Shown in pieces: positions 1-13,599 of a stretch of 64,000 bases of DNA. Position numbers and translations under genes: made by a program. How positions within the stretch are numbered: position 1 is the stretch's first letter; every line of letters begins with the position of its first letter. Location: positions 23,252,001-23,316,000 of the forward strand of contig NC_086109.1 in assembly GCF_963921235.1 (NCBI RefSeq), written 5' to 3'. Source of the DNA: Mobula hypostoma (Eukaryota). The notes beneath the pieces were generated by a model that searched no databases, was not told the DNA's origin, and saw only the letters and a list, made by a program, of their open reading frames with translations.

Positions 1-332
1 GCAGATTTTTTTTTTTACCTACTGTTAAATTCTACTTCTGCATACAAGAGGTGGGTAGTGTCCAAGCACACACAGGACAACACGGGACACAAGTGCACAT
101 GTCAGGGCTCCTCCATGCTTTATTAAACACACGGAGCACCTGGGAGCAAAATAGCAAACGGTGCAATACACTGCAAGTTCTGAATTTTCTTTCACAAATT
201 ATTTTTCATTAAAATTGAATCACATGGCATCACACAATCCAGTTTATAAATTTCTACCTGTCTTTTGTACCTCAGAGAATATCAACAACAAAAGGTGTTG
301 TGAAGAATCCCAACTATACTCAAACCTTGAAT

Positions 333-1535
333 CTTTTTCGTCTCCGCCACACCTGCTCTCAGGATGAGGCTTTTTATTCCAGGACGAGGGAGATGCCCTC
401 CTCTTTTAAAGAAAGGGGCTTCCCTTCCTCCATCATCAACTCTGCTCTCAAACGCATCTCCCCCATTTCACGCACATCTGTTCTCACTCCATCCTCCCGC
501 CACCCCATTAGGAATAGGGTTCCCCTTGTTCTCACTTACCATCCCACCAGCCTCTGGGTCCAACATATTATTCTCCGTAACTTCCGCCACCTCCAACGGG
601 ATCCCACCACTAAGCACCTCTTTCCCTCCCCCCCCCCCGCTTTCTGCAGGGATCGCTCCCTACGCGACTCCCTTGTCCATTCGTTCCCCCCATCCCTCCC
701 CACCAATCTCCCTCCTGGCAGTTATCCTTGTAAGCTGAACAAGTGCTACACATGCCCTTACACTTCCTCCCTTACCACCATTCAGGGCCCCAGACAGTCC
801 TTCCAGGTGAGGCGACACTTCACCTGTGAGTCGGCTGGGGTGATATACTGCATCCAGTGCTCCTGATGTGGCCTTTTATATATTGGCGAGACCCGACGCA
901 GACTGTGAAATCGTTTCGCTGAACACCTACACTCTGTCCGCCAGAGAAAGCAGGATCTCCCAGTGGCCACACATTTTAATTCCACATCCCATTCCCATTC
1001 TGACATGTCTATCCACGGCCTCCTCTACTGTAAAGATGAAGCCACACTCAGGTTGGAGGAACAACACCTTATATTCCATCTGGGTAGCCTCCAGCCTGAT
1101 GGCATGAACATTGACTTCTCGAACTTCCACTAATGCCCCACCTCCCCTTCGTACCCCATCTGTTATTTATTTATATACACACATTCTTTATCTCTCTCTC
1201 CTTTTTCGCCCTCTGTCCCTCTCACTATACCCCTTGCCCATCCTCTGGGTTTTCCCCCCCTCCCCCTTTTCTTTCTCCCTGGGCCTCCTGTCCCATGATC
1301 CTCTCATATCCCTTTTGCCAATCACCTGTCCAGCTCTTGGCTCCATCCCTCCCCCTCCTGTCTTCTCCTATCATTTTGGATCTCCCCCTCCCCCTCCCAC
1401 TTTCAAGTCTCTTACTAGCTCTTCTTTCAGTTAGTCCTGACGAAGGGTCTCGGCCCAAAACGTCGACTGTACCTCTTCCTAGAGATGCTGCCTGACCTGC
1501 TGCGTTCACCAGCAACTTTGATGTGTGTTGCTTGA
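333..1535 (+). mobile_element. Penelope-like retroelement, 5'-truncated: RT C-terminus, Cys linker, GIY-YIG endonuclease and 3' pseudo-LTR
   Basis: ORF 300..866 continued through stops gives PCKLNKCYTC...VIYCIQCS*CGLLYIGETRRRL*NRFAEH...LEEQHLIFHLGSLQPDGMN (GIY-YIG pattern). A pyrimidine-rich 3' UTR and a hammerhead-like motif follow. In-frame stops show it is inactive. Confidence 0.88.
1433..1468 (+). ncRNA. Minimal type-I hammerhead ribozyme motif, core mutated
   Basis: AGTC-CTGACGA-AGGGTCTCGGCCC-AAAA(for GAAA)-CGTC-GACT. Stem I AGTC/GACT, CUGANGA box, stem II GGGT/GCCC, self-complementary ACGT stem III. Confidence 0.7.
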
Positions 1536-1779
1536 TCTTTTTTCACTGTCTAGTTTAGGAAGTTACTTGGCAACGTGAGATTCCATTAGATCTCATTGCA
1601 ACTAATGGAATAAGATTATATATTTAATTTTGGTTTTGCACCTCGTCACAGGTGCAGAAAGTAGGCTTTACATTACCATACTTCATCTGGTGTTTCGATA
1701 TAGAATGTAGGCCCATGAACAATGTAAATTCATAGCAAACTGGTACTAATGAAATTAGTATTCACTGGGTTAGCAGTAA

Positions 1780-2064
1780 TTTATTTATCATTTATTTATT
1801 GAGACACAGTGCGGAGTAGGCCCTTCTGACCCTTCGAGCCACGCTGACCAGCAATCCCCTGATTTAACCCTAGCCTAATCATGGGACAGTTTACGATGAC
1901 CAATTAACCTATCAACCGGTACGTCTTTAGACGGTGGGAGGAAACCGGAGCACCTGGAGGTCACGGGAAGAACGTACAAACTCCTTACAGGCAGTGGCAG
2001 GAATTGAACCCAGGTCGCCTCTACTGTACAAGTGTTGTGTTAACCATTACACAACCAAGGCCAC
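1780..2064 (-). mobile_element. V-SINE-type tRNA-derived SINE (HE1-like)
   Basis: Reverse strand has a B box (GGTTCAATTCC), the V-domain CTCCGGTTTCCTCCCAC...AAAGAC...GGTTAATTGG and a (TAAA)n tail. Confidence 0.75.
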
Positions 2065-4754
2065 TATAATTAAATTTTTTTGGAATAGAAATGAACTATA
2101 TCCAGTTTTCCCTCCTTTTATTTTCAGTCCAGAAATTAAAATGAGTTCGCAGAGGCTGAATCACGAGCACCAAGACTTTCATCTTGAGCATATTTTTTGG
2201 GATCCTGCTGTGTAAACTGACTCCTAAAAACAGATTTCAAATTTCTTTAGCCTTTGTGAAACACTTTAGAACAAAGTCCTTTCAAATATAGCATAGATCT
2301 CCACCCATAGTAAATTCTTGGATAGGCACTCAATTCAATCTCTGAGAACCTTATGACTATTCTCTGTTAATAGAATTCTTAAAAAACGTAATGTGCTTTC
2401 AGCCCAGATATTGTAACTGGTGCAGTTCCAACTATTGAGACATCCAACTACCAGATATTGGCTCTCACAGCAGCCTTTTGAATGCAGTAGCAGACTGTGT
2501 CAGGTTGTAGGTCAAGGATGTTGTGGAGATGACGTGAAAAATCAGCTCATTTATTCAGATATGTCCACAAACAATCACAATGTCCCAAAGGCCGGATATG
2601 ATATTTATTGCAGCATGTATCCAGTCACAACACAAAGTCTGCATTCTCTGGGACCCAGTTAAAAAAGCGCAGCTTATCACTAATGTGCGTTTATTTGGAA
2701 CATATATCAATGTAAATGGATAAAACAGAGCAAACAGTGGAGATTACAGGAAGTCATCAACCATAAAAATTAGGACCAGTGCTGCTCCAATCCTCTCATT
2801 TGGTTTCAAACTGGGCAGTGCAATTCAAGTTTTGTTGAGTTAGTGAAAGGAAAACAAGATATACTCGTATGGTCTTTGTTGTCTATACCAACATTCACAA
2901 TGGTTCCTGGAAATTGGGGAAGCATGGGCTGTTGGTGTGGAAAAATTGTTTTCAGCTGTGATGTCAAGTTTTCTGGTTATCAGACAAGGTAGAAACCCAA
3001 GTGTCAAGAAAAAGCCACTGGGGGAATTATCAGAAGTTGGCCGTTATCCATCAGCTGGAGAATTGGGGTGGGATCAGGGCTTGGAGAGCTGATTGGAACC
3101 AGAACGTGGGAGAGCTGGTGGAAAAGGCAGGGGATTGGGACTACAGGTGGAAAAGGCAATAGTGCAAAAGTAAAGAGATGAAGGAAGAAAGGGGACTGTG
3201 GTTTGAAAGATAGGGGTAAAAGGGAAGGATAAGAAAATGAGAAATGGGAGATCTACAAGGGGAATGTGGAACAAAAGCTGAAATGAGTGTGAGGACAAAT
3301 AGGGGAAAGGATGCTAAGGAAGAGGGTGTGGGTAACAGCAGATAAATTCACCAGGTCTCTACTTATGATGGTCTTCCTTGCAATTGTATCTTGCAGGCAT
3401 ATGTAACAACCCTGCAAGGACAGATATCATACATTGGCACCTTCCACTCCTCAGTGAATGAGCAGCAATTCATCCTCAGCCCAAATGGACTGGCTAAGAA
3501 GCAGATCCAAGAGTCTGCATCAGCCATGTTGCTTTAAAACATTTTGGAATTTGGGGTACAAAACACAGGCCATCGTGAATTGGAGTAAAGCAGAGCAAAC
3601 CCGCTTGTTTCATCACCTAACTGGTGAAAATCTGCTAACTGGGCTAATAGTACAGCTGGTGCAGTGATCATTTATGCTGTGCCCCTAATTAACCTCATTA
3701 ATGCAGCTCAAGGGTTCTAAAAGGGAAAGTAATTAAGTATAATAATTAGGCATCTATGAATAGTGAACTTACTGGACCTTATGAAAGAGTGAACAGAATC
3801 TTGACTGTATCGACACAAACTAAACAAAATTACAGTATTCTTAATTCCAGCATTTTATAACCTTTCATGTGCTGGGCTTTTCATATTTTGCGTTATCAGA
3901 TTATAAAATGATATTTTAATTGTACAAAATGCAAGGGGTAATTGTATTTCAACATTGGTCAAAAGTAGGATGTGGAATAATCAAAAAGATCCTGCCCTCT
4001 TCTCTGTGCATTCGCGAGTCTGTGGCTGGTAGAAGCAACCAATATACTTAGTGTTCATGTCCCCGCTTACATAATCCACAACACTGCCAAAATTTACCCT
4101 GTAGCACTGTAAGTTTAAAGTACCTACTTGGGTTGGATGTTGGACTGGAATGATTAAGGGAAAGCATGTCCATCCTTTATCACTGATGTTTACAATGAGA
4201 ATAATGGGCTATGCATTCACAGATTCACTTACCTTAAATTCTAATGACAAGGAAGCAGCACCGGACTCACTTGCTTTAAAACAGCACTGAATGATTTAAT
4301 AACATAAGTGTATACATCAGTCCATTTAATGGAATCTGAACTATGGAATTGGACTTCAGGTACACTAGAGAACAATTATAAATTCCAAAAACAAAATAAC
4401 TTCAAAGTATAACTGTTAATTCTTTGGCCTAAGGCAAAATTTCAAGTCTTATTTGCTCAGATGTGAGGTGTGCATAGCTTGTAGGCTGTGTGTTAGATGA
4501 GTGTTCTGATTGCAGGTCTGACCCTTGGAGAATTACAAATACGTCCCAATATGTAAATGTAAAGTGCTTGAGAGACACTTTGATTTTTCCCAAGCATGCC
4601 TGGATGCCAAATATGCATTTACATAGCTTCCCCCTATTCCTTCCAAACCATGTCATGCACAATGCCATGTGGGAGGGAGGATAGGGCAGTGATTATAAAA
4701 TAAGGATGAGATTGACCAGGACATTCTACCTATGAAGTTGATTTAGTAAAGGGA

Positions 4755-5052
4755 GCGAGCATTCTAACTTGCTGCATCACTGTCTGGTGTGGCTGGGAGT
4801 GGCGAGAGGGGAGACTACACAGGATTGAAAAAAGCTGCAAAATAAAATTAGTCAGCTCCATCATGGGCACTAGCCACTGTAGTATCCAGGATATCTTCAA
4901 GGAGCGATGTCTCAAAAAGGCAGCATCCATCAGTAAGGACTCCCATCACCCAAGACATGTCCTACTTTCATTGCTGCCATCAGGAAGGAGGTACAGAAGC
5001 CCGAATACACACACTCAACGAACAGGAACAGCTTCTTCCCCTCTGCCATTAA
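4755..5052 (+). mobile_element. Rex1/Babar-like LINE, 3' ORF fragment
   Basis: ORF 4863..5078 RCLKKAASISKDSHHPRHVLLSLLPSGRRYRS is the typical Rex1-clade C-terminus, seen repeatedly in this window. Confidence 0.7.
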
Positions 5053-5419
5053 ACCTGATTCTGATAATCTTAAACTAATGTCTTAACATAAATTTTTTTA
5101 AACAGTCATTTAAATCAAATTCATCAGCTCATTAATCTCTAACTGGAGTGAAGCAAAACCCATTTGCAGGTAGATAATTGCACATCTGATTGTTTTTGAT
5201 GTACTGCACATCTCTAATGTCAACCTCTGCCCCACCCACCCACCTTCTCACTATGATTCTTAAATTCTACCAATTGAACTATTTGTGTAAACAGCAAATA
5301 AAATGTAGCCTGTGTAGTTCATAAAAGCAACATACAAGCCCCACTTTCTGTCATCAGGGAGCAAATGGAAATGATAATGTAATGCAAATATTGAGCTTTA
5401 AAACAGAGAACCACTAAGG

Positions 5420-5500
5420 CAGGGGATACCAACCTGGCATCCACAGACCCTCTTGCTTAATGGCATTGGTTCATAGCATAAAAACAGATGGGAACCTCTG
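5420..5500. mobile_element. 81-bp hAT (Charlie-like) MITE
   Basis: Imperfect TIRs CAGGGGATACCAACCT / AGATGGGAACCTCTG. The 8-bp flanks CACTAAGG / TACTAAAG match at 6/8 with a central TA. Confidence 0.6.
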
Positions 5501-5949
5501 TACTAAAGTACTAACCACTGCCAGGAAAAGAAAATTGAAGCAATGGCAGTTTGGAACTAACAAGAACTGAGGGTTTTGGTGTGGGGAGATATTTCTGAAT
5601 GTGCCCATATGATATGAAACTGGAAAATGACAAGACTAACCATGAAGGTTTTTGAACTATAAAGGGTATCACAGCTCAATCCAAATCCACTTCTCCTCTG
5701 CATTCTAGCTTTTCCAGCTGAGATATCTAAGTTACGACTTCAGGACAAGTACAGGCACTTTCTTAAAAACTCTTCATCTGGCTGCAAATGAACTACTTCT
5801 CACCACCAAAATAAGCCCCAGAACATCTTACATTTTGCTTAAGTTGTCATGAGGTTGAACACACTGCCCGACAGTGTGGTCTTCACCATTTACTCTGCTG
5901 TTCATTATGTTCAACTGGCAAAAGAAAATGGCGGAATTGTCATCTTCAT

Positions 5950-8166
5950 TCATAGAAACATAGAAAATAGGTGCAGGAGTAGGCCATTCGGCCCTTCGAG
6001 CCTGCACCGCCATTTATTATGATCATGGCTGATCATCCAACTCAGAATCCTGCCCCAGCCTTCCCTCCATAACCCCTGATCCCCGTAGCCACAAGGGCCA
6101 TATCTAACTCCCTCTTAAATATAGCCAATGAACTGGCCTTGACTGTTTCCTGTGGCAGAGAATTCCACAGATTCACCACTCCCTGTGTGAAGAAGTTTTT
6201 CCTAATCTCGGTCCTAAAAGGCTTCCCCTTTATCCTCAAACTGTGGCCCCTTGTTCTGGACTTCCCCAACATCGGGAACAATCTTCCCGCATCTAGCCTG
6301 TCCAATCCCTTTAGGATCTTATACGTTTCAATCAGATCCCCCCTCAATCTTCTAAATTCCAATGAGTACAAGCCCAGTTCATCCAGTCTTTCTTCATATG
6401 AAAGTCCTGCCATCCCAGGAATCAATCTAGTGAACCTTCTTTGTACTCCCTCTATGGCAAGGATGTCTTTCCTCAGATTAGGGGACCAAAACTGCACACA
6501 ATACTCCAGGTGTGGTCTCACCAAGGCCTTGTACAACTGCAGTAGTACCTCCCTGCTCCTGTACTCGAATCCTCTCGCTATAAATGCCAGCATACCATTT
6601 GCCTTTTTCACCGCCTGCTGTACCTGCATGCCCACTTTCAATGACTGGTGTATAATGACACCCAGGTCTCGTTGCACCTCCCCTTTTCCTAATCGGCCAC
6701 CATTCAGATAATAATCTGTTTTCCTACTTTTGCCACCAAAGTGGATAACTTCACATTTATCCACATTAAATTGCATCTGCCATGAATTTGCCCACTCACC
6801 CAGCCTATCCAAGTCACTCTGCATCCTCTTAGCATCCTCCTCACAGCTAACACTGCCACCCAGCTTCGTGTCATCCGCAAACTTGGAGATGCTGCATTTA
6901 ATTCCCTCATCCAAGTCATTAATATATATTGTAAACAACTGGGGTCCCAGCACTGAGCCTTGCGGTACCCCACTAGTCACCGCCTGCCATTCTGAAAAGG
7001 TCCCGTTTATTCCCACTCTTTGCTTCCTGTCTGCTAACCAATTCTCCATCCACATCAATACCTTACCCGCAATACCGTGTGCTTTAAGTTTGCACACTAA
7101 TCTCCTGTGTGGGACCTTGTCAGATGCCTTTTGAAAATCCAAATATACCACATCCACTGGTTCTCCTCTATCCACTCTACTAGTTACATCCTCAAAAAAT
7201 TCTGTGAGATTCGTCAGACATGATTTTCCTTTCACAAATCCATGCTGACTTTGTCCGATGATTTCACCGCTTTCCAAATGTGCTGTTATAACATCTTTGA
7301 TAACTGACTCCAGCAGTTTCCCCACCACCGACGTTAGGCTAACCGGTCTATAATTCCCCGGTTTCTCTCTCCCTCCTTTTTTAAAAAGTGGGGTTACATT
7401 AGCCACCCCCCAATCCTCAGGAACTAGTGCAGAATCTAACGAGTTTTGAAAAATTATCACTAATGCATCCACTATTTCTTGGGCTACTTCCTTAAGCACT
7501 CTAGGATGCAGACCATCTGGCCCTGGGGATTTATCTGCCTTCAATCCCTTCAATTTACCTAACACCACTTCCCTACTAACATGTATTTCGCTCAGTTCCT
7601 CCATCTCACTGGACCCTCTGTCCTCTACTATTTCTGGAAGATTATTTATGTCCTCCTTAGTGAAGACAGAACCAAAGTAATTATTCAATTGGTCTGCCAT
7701 GTCCTTGCTCCCCATAATCAATTCACCTGTTTCTGTCTGTAGGGGACCTACAGTTGTCTTTACCAGTCTTTTCCTTTTTACATATCTATAAAAGCTTTTA
7801 CAGTCAGTTTTTATGTTCCCTGCCAGTTTTCTCTCATAACCTTTTTTCCCCTTCCTAATTAAGCCCTTTGTCCTCCTCTGCTGAACTCTGAATTTCTCCC
7901 AGTCCTCAGGTGAGCCACTTTCTCTGGCTAATTTGTATGCTTCTTCTTTGGAATTGATACTATCCCTAATTTCTCTTGTCAGCCACGGGTGCACTACCTT
8001 CCTTGATTTATTCTTTTGCCAAACTGTGATGAACAATTGTTGTAGTTCATCCATGCAACCTTTAAATGCTTGCCGTTGCATATCCACCGTCAATCCTTTA
8101 AGTGTCATTTGCCAGTCTATCTTAGCTAATTCTCGTCTCATACCTTCAAAGTTACCCCTCTTTAAG
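5950..8166 (-). mobile_element. CR1 LINE, 5'-truncated, with uninterrupted RT ORF2 segment
   Basis: ORF 6042..8237: KSPGPDG, NYRPVSLTS, QHGF, YLDFQKASDKVPH, GVPQGSVLGP, FADD. 3' end in (TTTCTATG)n. The first ~24 codons of the ORF are flanking DNA. Confidence 0.95.
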
Positions 8167-10536
8167 CATAAAATCGTGTTGTGACCTGCAGGTTCTTTTG
8201 GACTTACAAATACTTCATTTTTTTTGCTTGAATGCAAGAAATTTTATTAGGAGCTGGTTAAGAACTATTGGACCCTGATCTCTTTAATCTCAGCCCTCAA
8301 GTATGAGGCAGCAGTTCTCCAAAAACCATTGCCTATAGAATAAGACCAGGCTGAAAGAACTAAATCTTAATCTGCACCAGGTAAACAGTTCCTAGCAGGG
8401 CAACAGTTGAGATGAAACAACAGGATAAAAATTACTTTGGGATGGGAAGGAGAGGGAATTGCAGAAATCTGTCAGTGTTCCAACTTTGGATTATGAGATA
8501 CCTCCCACATGTGGAGACTTTGGATGAGAACAGATTTGATTTTTGGCATTGCCATATGGACACGGCCCTAAAGACAGCAGTGTAGTATTGCAGTGACAAT
8601 CATGAGTCACCCATTTCAGTAACTCTCAACAACTGGCTGCTTTCAGAGTTGTGCTTATATATTACCAACTTGCACAAATTCCATAACTCGCAATAGTGAG
8701 TTCTTCACTAAAACGTCTGAGATGTTGGGTCCTTATGTTAAATATTAAATGTACTGTAGTGCCTGTCACATGGAATAGTTTTACCCTCAAATTTAAAAAA
8801 ATGTTGATAAAGCTGTTAAGTTCAATTGTTGCTTATAAAATTTATGCCAAACCAATAAATCCGTATCTTCCACACAAGGTCATAAAAATCAAAGTAATAC
8901 CAGTTTCAAAAATAGCTTTACGTTTCAAGGTGAGCCGCCAGCATCTCAACCAAACTTGCTGCCTGTACCTCTGAGCGCATCCCATCTGTGAGAGTGATGG
9001 GCCTAAGCTTGGTATGACTTAACTACCTGAAGAGATGGAATATTCTAAATGATTAAAAAAAGATAGGGCTAAGGAATTGGACAAACAACACAGTAACAGA
9101 GGCTTGTGACCATTATAGCAATCAGAAACAGTCGCATAAATTGGGACATTTGGAGAAGACACACGGATTTCTAATTCCCATTTCAATTACAAGTGACAGC
9201 AACTGATCTGGAGCGCAACAGAACAGGAACCAGAAATAAATCATTAGACTCAATTAGCTTCTAATCCTCTATGATTTGACTGAAATCTCAGATGATTTAA
9301 AATACAGGACAGGTTTAGCAAGTGTGTTTTCAGACCATGGACCATTGTATCACAAGTACAGTACTACATTTAACAAAACATATTTAACAAAAGAAAAATC
9401 AAATGGGGAAGTTAGAGAAAGCAAAACTTGCAAGAACAAAGACTTAGAAATATATAATGCCTTTCACAAGCTCAGGACAGCAATCGCGCTTTGTTCCTCT
9501 GATGTAGTATGTTTGAATTGTAACTAATGTTATAATGTAGAAAGCACAACAATCAATTTGTCCTGTGGCATGATCCAATAAGAACAATGGAATAGAGATT
9601 CTTTAAATTGATTTTAGATGGTGCTGAGAAATGGCTAATGTCTCAAAGGACATCAGGGATTCTCCACGACTTCTTTCAATGCGATCTTTTCCACTCACCT
9701 ACAGGAACAAATAGTGTCTTGATTTCTTCTTGCAAATCCCAAAGATAACAATCCTTAGAGTGCATCATTCCCTTGGTACTGTGGGAGGTCTAATATCAGC
9801 AATATTTCTTATTCAATTACTTGGCTAAACATCAGGCAGGTTAAGGACCCAAGCTATAATTGATAATGGCATTCCCACCACAGTTAGATACTATATGCAT
9901 CTGAGAATTACTGCTATGACATAGCAAATGTGTGTCTTGGTCCATTGTATAACAGGATACTTTGATCATCTTTCGAAAAGACCTATTCTTTGTACAAATC
10001 CTATGTTTAGAAAGGATTGACTACAGTGCAATCAATTAGAAAAAAGCAGCATCCTTATACATAGATGTTTTATTCATGAGCCAGTTTCTGCTGTGTTGCG
10101 TTTATTTGATTTTGAAAGGCCAATTCTATTAATTTAGTTTTGATATAAGGTAGATCCTTTCCAGAATGGCAATCAGCATCAGGAAACAGAATGCAAAGCT
10201 AAATGGAGGGATAATCTCAAATGGGAAACAGTGGAAACTATGATAGGTCTCTGCCTCCCAAAGTGAGGGAAGGAAGAACAAATCTATTGTTCCTGTCACT
10301 GAGCTCTAGTCCATGATTCATACCGGAAAGTGCATGCAGATGTCCTAGAGAACTAGACTATACAGAATGAGGCATCCCATTGACCATAGTTTAGTTCAAA
10401 TTTGAAGACTAATCACTTGGGTGACTTAACAGACTGACTGACAGTTTATGAAACCGTATGAATCAGAAGACAAAGGGGCAGGAAACAATGTCAGCATGCA
10501 CCAATTCAAGAGGGATGATGGGAAGAAGGATTAAAA

Positions 10537-11220
10537 TTGGAATTGATTTATTATTGTCACACAGAGGCATATACCGAGGTATATATTGTTCACACAGATC
10601 AAATTATTTTACAGTGCATTGAGGTGGGAAAAAGTTAAAACAATATCAATGCAAAATAAAGTGCAGAACACGAACACGAGAAAATCTAACACACACAAAA
10701 TGCTGGAGAAACTCAGCAGGCCAGGCAGCATCTGTGAAAAAGAGTAAACAGTCGACGGTTCGGGCTGAGACCCTTCATCAGGACGGAGGTGATGGGCATG
10801 CAAGGAGGTAAGGTGAGAGGGGAAAACAGGAATGATGAATTAGAGGGGCATTACCAGAAGTTCAAGAAATCAATGTTCATGCCATCAGGCCAGACGGATT
10901 ACAAGGTGTTGCTCCTCCAACCCAAGTGTGGCCTCATCGCGGCAGAAGAGAAGGCCGTGGACTGTGTCGCAGAATCAAGTGAAACAGCGACTGAGAAAAG
11001 TGCAATACTGTACCAGTAAACAATAAGGTGCAAGATCATTACGTGGCAGATCGTGAGGTCAAGTATCCTTGTTATTGTACTAGGGAGCTAATTAACAGTC
11101 TTATAACAGTGTGGTAGAAGCTGTCCTTAGCTGGTTAGTATGTGATTCAGGCTATTGTATCTTCTGCTCAATAGGAGAGAGGAGAAGAAAGAATGACCAG
11201 GGTGGATGAGGTATTTATGA
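10537..11220 (-). mobile_element. Rex1-like LINE 3' end interrupted by a Penelope-like 3' fragment (about 10670-10962)
   Basis: The inner part contains the reverse complement of GTCCTGATGAAGGGTCTCAGCCCGAACCGTCGACTG and an EEQHLV-type sequence. The outer parts resemble the other Rex1 tails. Confidence 0.6.
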
Positions 11221-12554
11221 TTGAGATTGACTATAATCCAGACTAGATTTAGTCATAACTGGCTTTCATTTTTTTTTCTGAAGTGAGAAAATGGTACCTA
11301 AATTAAAGAAACACTCCTCCAAATTACACAGAACAGTAATGAGGTATCTTCTTTCCTTTTTAGTCATGTTTACGCTCACTGAGCCAATATATTTCTATAT
11401 CAAGGATGGATTTGAAGCATTGAGTTTCAAGTAAACCTAGAATAGGAAGAATATAACCAGTGTTAGATTAAAACTTTAGCAGCACCCAATGATGAAGACT
11501 GTTATTTCCAAGTTTGGAAAAGAGCTCTCCTTCTCTATCTCTCTACTTCCCAGCAAACTAAACCTTACTGATTGAGCTTAAGGATGCAGTGCCAATTGGT
11601 ACTAAATTAACACTTTTTCTTGCCAGACAGGAATTGGGTCAAGACAACAGGATGCAAAGAAGAGAGGAATAACACTCGTTTGAATCTAAAATGACTTCAA
11701 ACTTTGGGTGAAAGTCTCACCCACAATTCTGAAGCATCCTTTAACAATCATTAAAATTGGCTAACGCAAGGTCAAAATATTACAAAATGAATTTAAAAGT
11801 CATATCTAGTAAGGAAGAATAGGCAGATAACAATCTATGCCTGTTAATTCAAAGTTAGGCTAAAAGTGAAAGCACTTGTATCATTCAATAATTGAATTGT
11901 TACCGAATAAAATGACTAGAGAAGCTTTCAGCAGTTACACCAAGTCCAAAATTAAATTTTAGCATATATTTAAGTATAGTATATTATTTGGAAATGCATG
12001 AGTTTACTGCAGACAGCAATTATCCCTGCAGTTTAACTTAAACACAAGGTTGTGAGTATAAATATTAAGCCAACATTTATCTGCTGCCTTTACCTTTGTG
12101 TACACACAAACCAACTTAACAATAAAAAAAAGCAAATAAAAGATTTGACAAGGCTTGAATTACTGGGGTCTCAACTGAAATTTTTTCTCCGATCCTGAAC
12201 TAGCCTCAGGCTACTCAGAATACAACTCCTGGAAACTAGGCGTTTAGCAGTTCAGATGCAAGGACATACTTCCAAGTCAAACTTGCAAGCTGGGAAGGTG
12301 GGTGCTCTAGAAGAAAATGATTGCATAAAATGGTTTAATGAATATCAGTTAGAAAAACAAAATTAAATTCTCAGTAAAATCCGTTGTCTGCTTTATTATG
12401 GGTCTCCCTCCTTGATTGTGGACACAGAACCAAAGAAATACGCCTTTAGTCCACTGTACGCCTGCTGATCAAAGTGGGTACATTTAGGCTCCTTTCACTT
12501 TGCACCCCTTGATGTGAAACCTTTTAGATTACAAATCCCCAAAGGTACCTCTTT

Positions 12555-13520
12555 GGGTGCCACAGTAACATAGCCATTAGCACAACGCTATTACAGCTCG
12601 GGACGTCAGAGTTCAGAGTTCAACACCAGCGTTCCCTATATGTCCTCCCCATGGAATTGCGTGGGTTTTCTCGGGTGCTCCGGTTTCCTCACATAGTCCA
12701 AAGACATACCAGGTAGGTTAATTAGTCATTGTAAATTGTCCCGTGATTAGCTTAGGGTGAAATTGGGGATTTTTTTTCCCCCATAAAAAATCTTTATTAC
12801 AAGTTCAGTGTTATATATACAAAACAGTGACTAACACAATTATTTCACTACAAATAGACAGTATACATTAAACCAAAATGTTTCCATCTCTATCAATGAT
12901 GACAACTATTCCCCCCCCCAACCCCCGTAGAGCCCAACGGTCCCGGAACACCTCTAAGGTCGCTGTGGACTCCGTGTGTTCCTTCTCAATATCTACCTGG
13001 GCACGAATATACCCCCCTAAACATTGCCAGGCAGTCTACCCGGGCAAATCCTCTCGCCACCCATTTCCAAGACCCACGGATGGCTGTTTTCGCCAGCCCC
13101 AGGAGCAAGTTGACAAGAACATCCTCATCCTTCCACACCCCCCCCCCTTACTGGATGACCGTAGATAAATAGGGTGGGGCTAAAATGCAGCCAGAAGCCG
13201 AGAAGCAGCCCACACAGATACGCAAAAAGGGTCTGCAGCCTCACACACTCCATGTATATGTGGTACACAGTCTCCTCCAGCCCACAGAAGTGACATGCGG
13301 CTGGGAGATCTGTGTACAAACTAAAGAATTTATTACAAGGCACTGCTCTATGCAGCAGCCTCCACCCCAGATCCCCAAGGTGCATGGGAAGAACTCCCTC
13401 GTAAAGGGACTTCCATTGGAGACCTCCCTCATCCCCAGGTGGAAAATTGGGGACGTTGGGGTTGCTGGGCGGTGCAAAGAGGCAGAAGGACGTATTCTGC
13501 GCTTATCTCCAATTAAATAA
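12555..13520 (+). mobile_element. V-SINE (12555-12769 and 13454-13520) split by a LINE insertion
   Basis: V-domain GGGTGCTCCGGTTTCCTCACATAGTCCAAAGAC. The SINE tail resumes after the duplicated AAATTGGGGA. Confidence 0.7.
12770..13443 (-). mobile_element. L1/Tx1-clade LINE 3' fragment with zinc knuckle, poly(A) and TSD
   Basis: ORF 13125..13385 DLGWRLLHRAVPCN...CHFCGLEETVYHIYMEC (CCHC, zf-RVT-like). AATAAA and an A8 tail on the minus strand. 10-bp TSD AAATTGGGGA at 12760-12769 and 13444-13453. Confidence 0.85.
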
Positions 13521-13599
13521 TATAATGAGTGTTTCTACCTCCACCATATTTTCACTGCTCTTTGGGAGCCTTTTTTCTTCATCCTGCCTCTAGTTCTTC

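Noticed and set aside
6139..7134. Long plus-strand ORFs (190 aa, 134 aa) and their counterparts at 22012-23070
   Set aside because: Antisense shadows of CR1 RT frames; they recur only because the LINE recurs.
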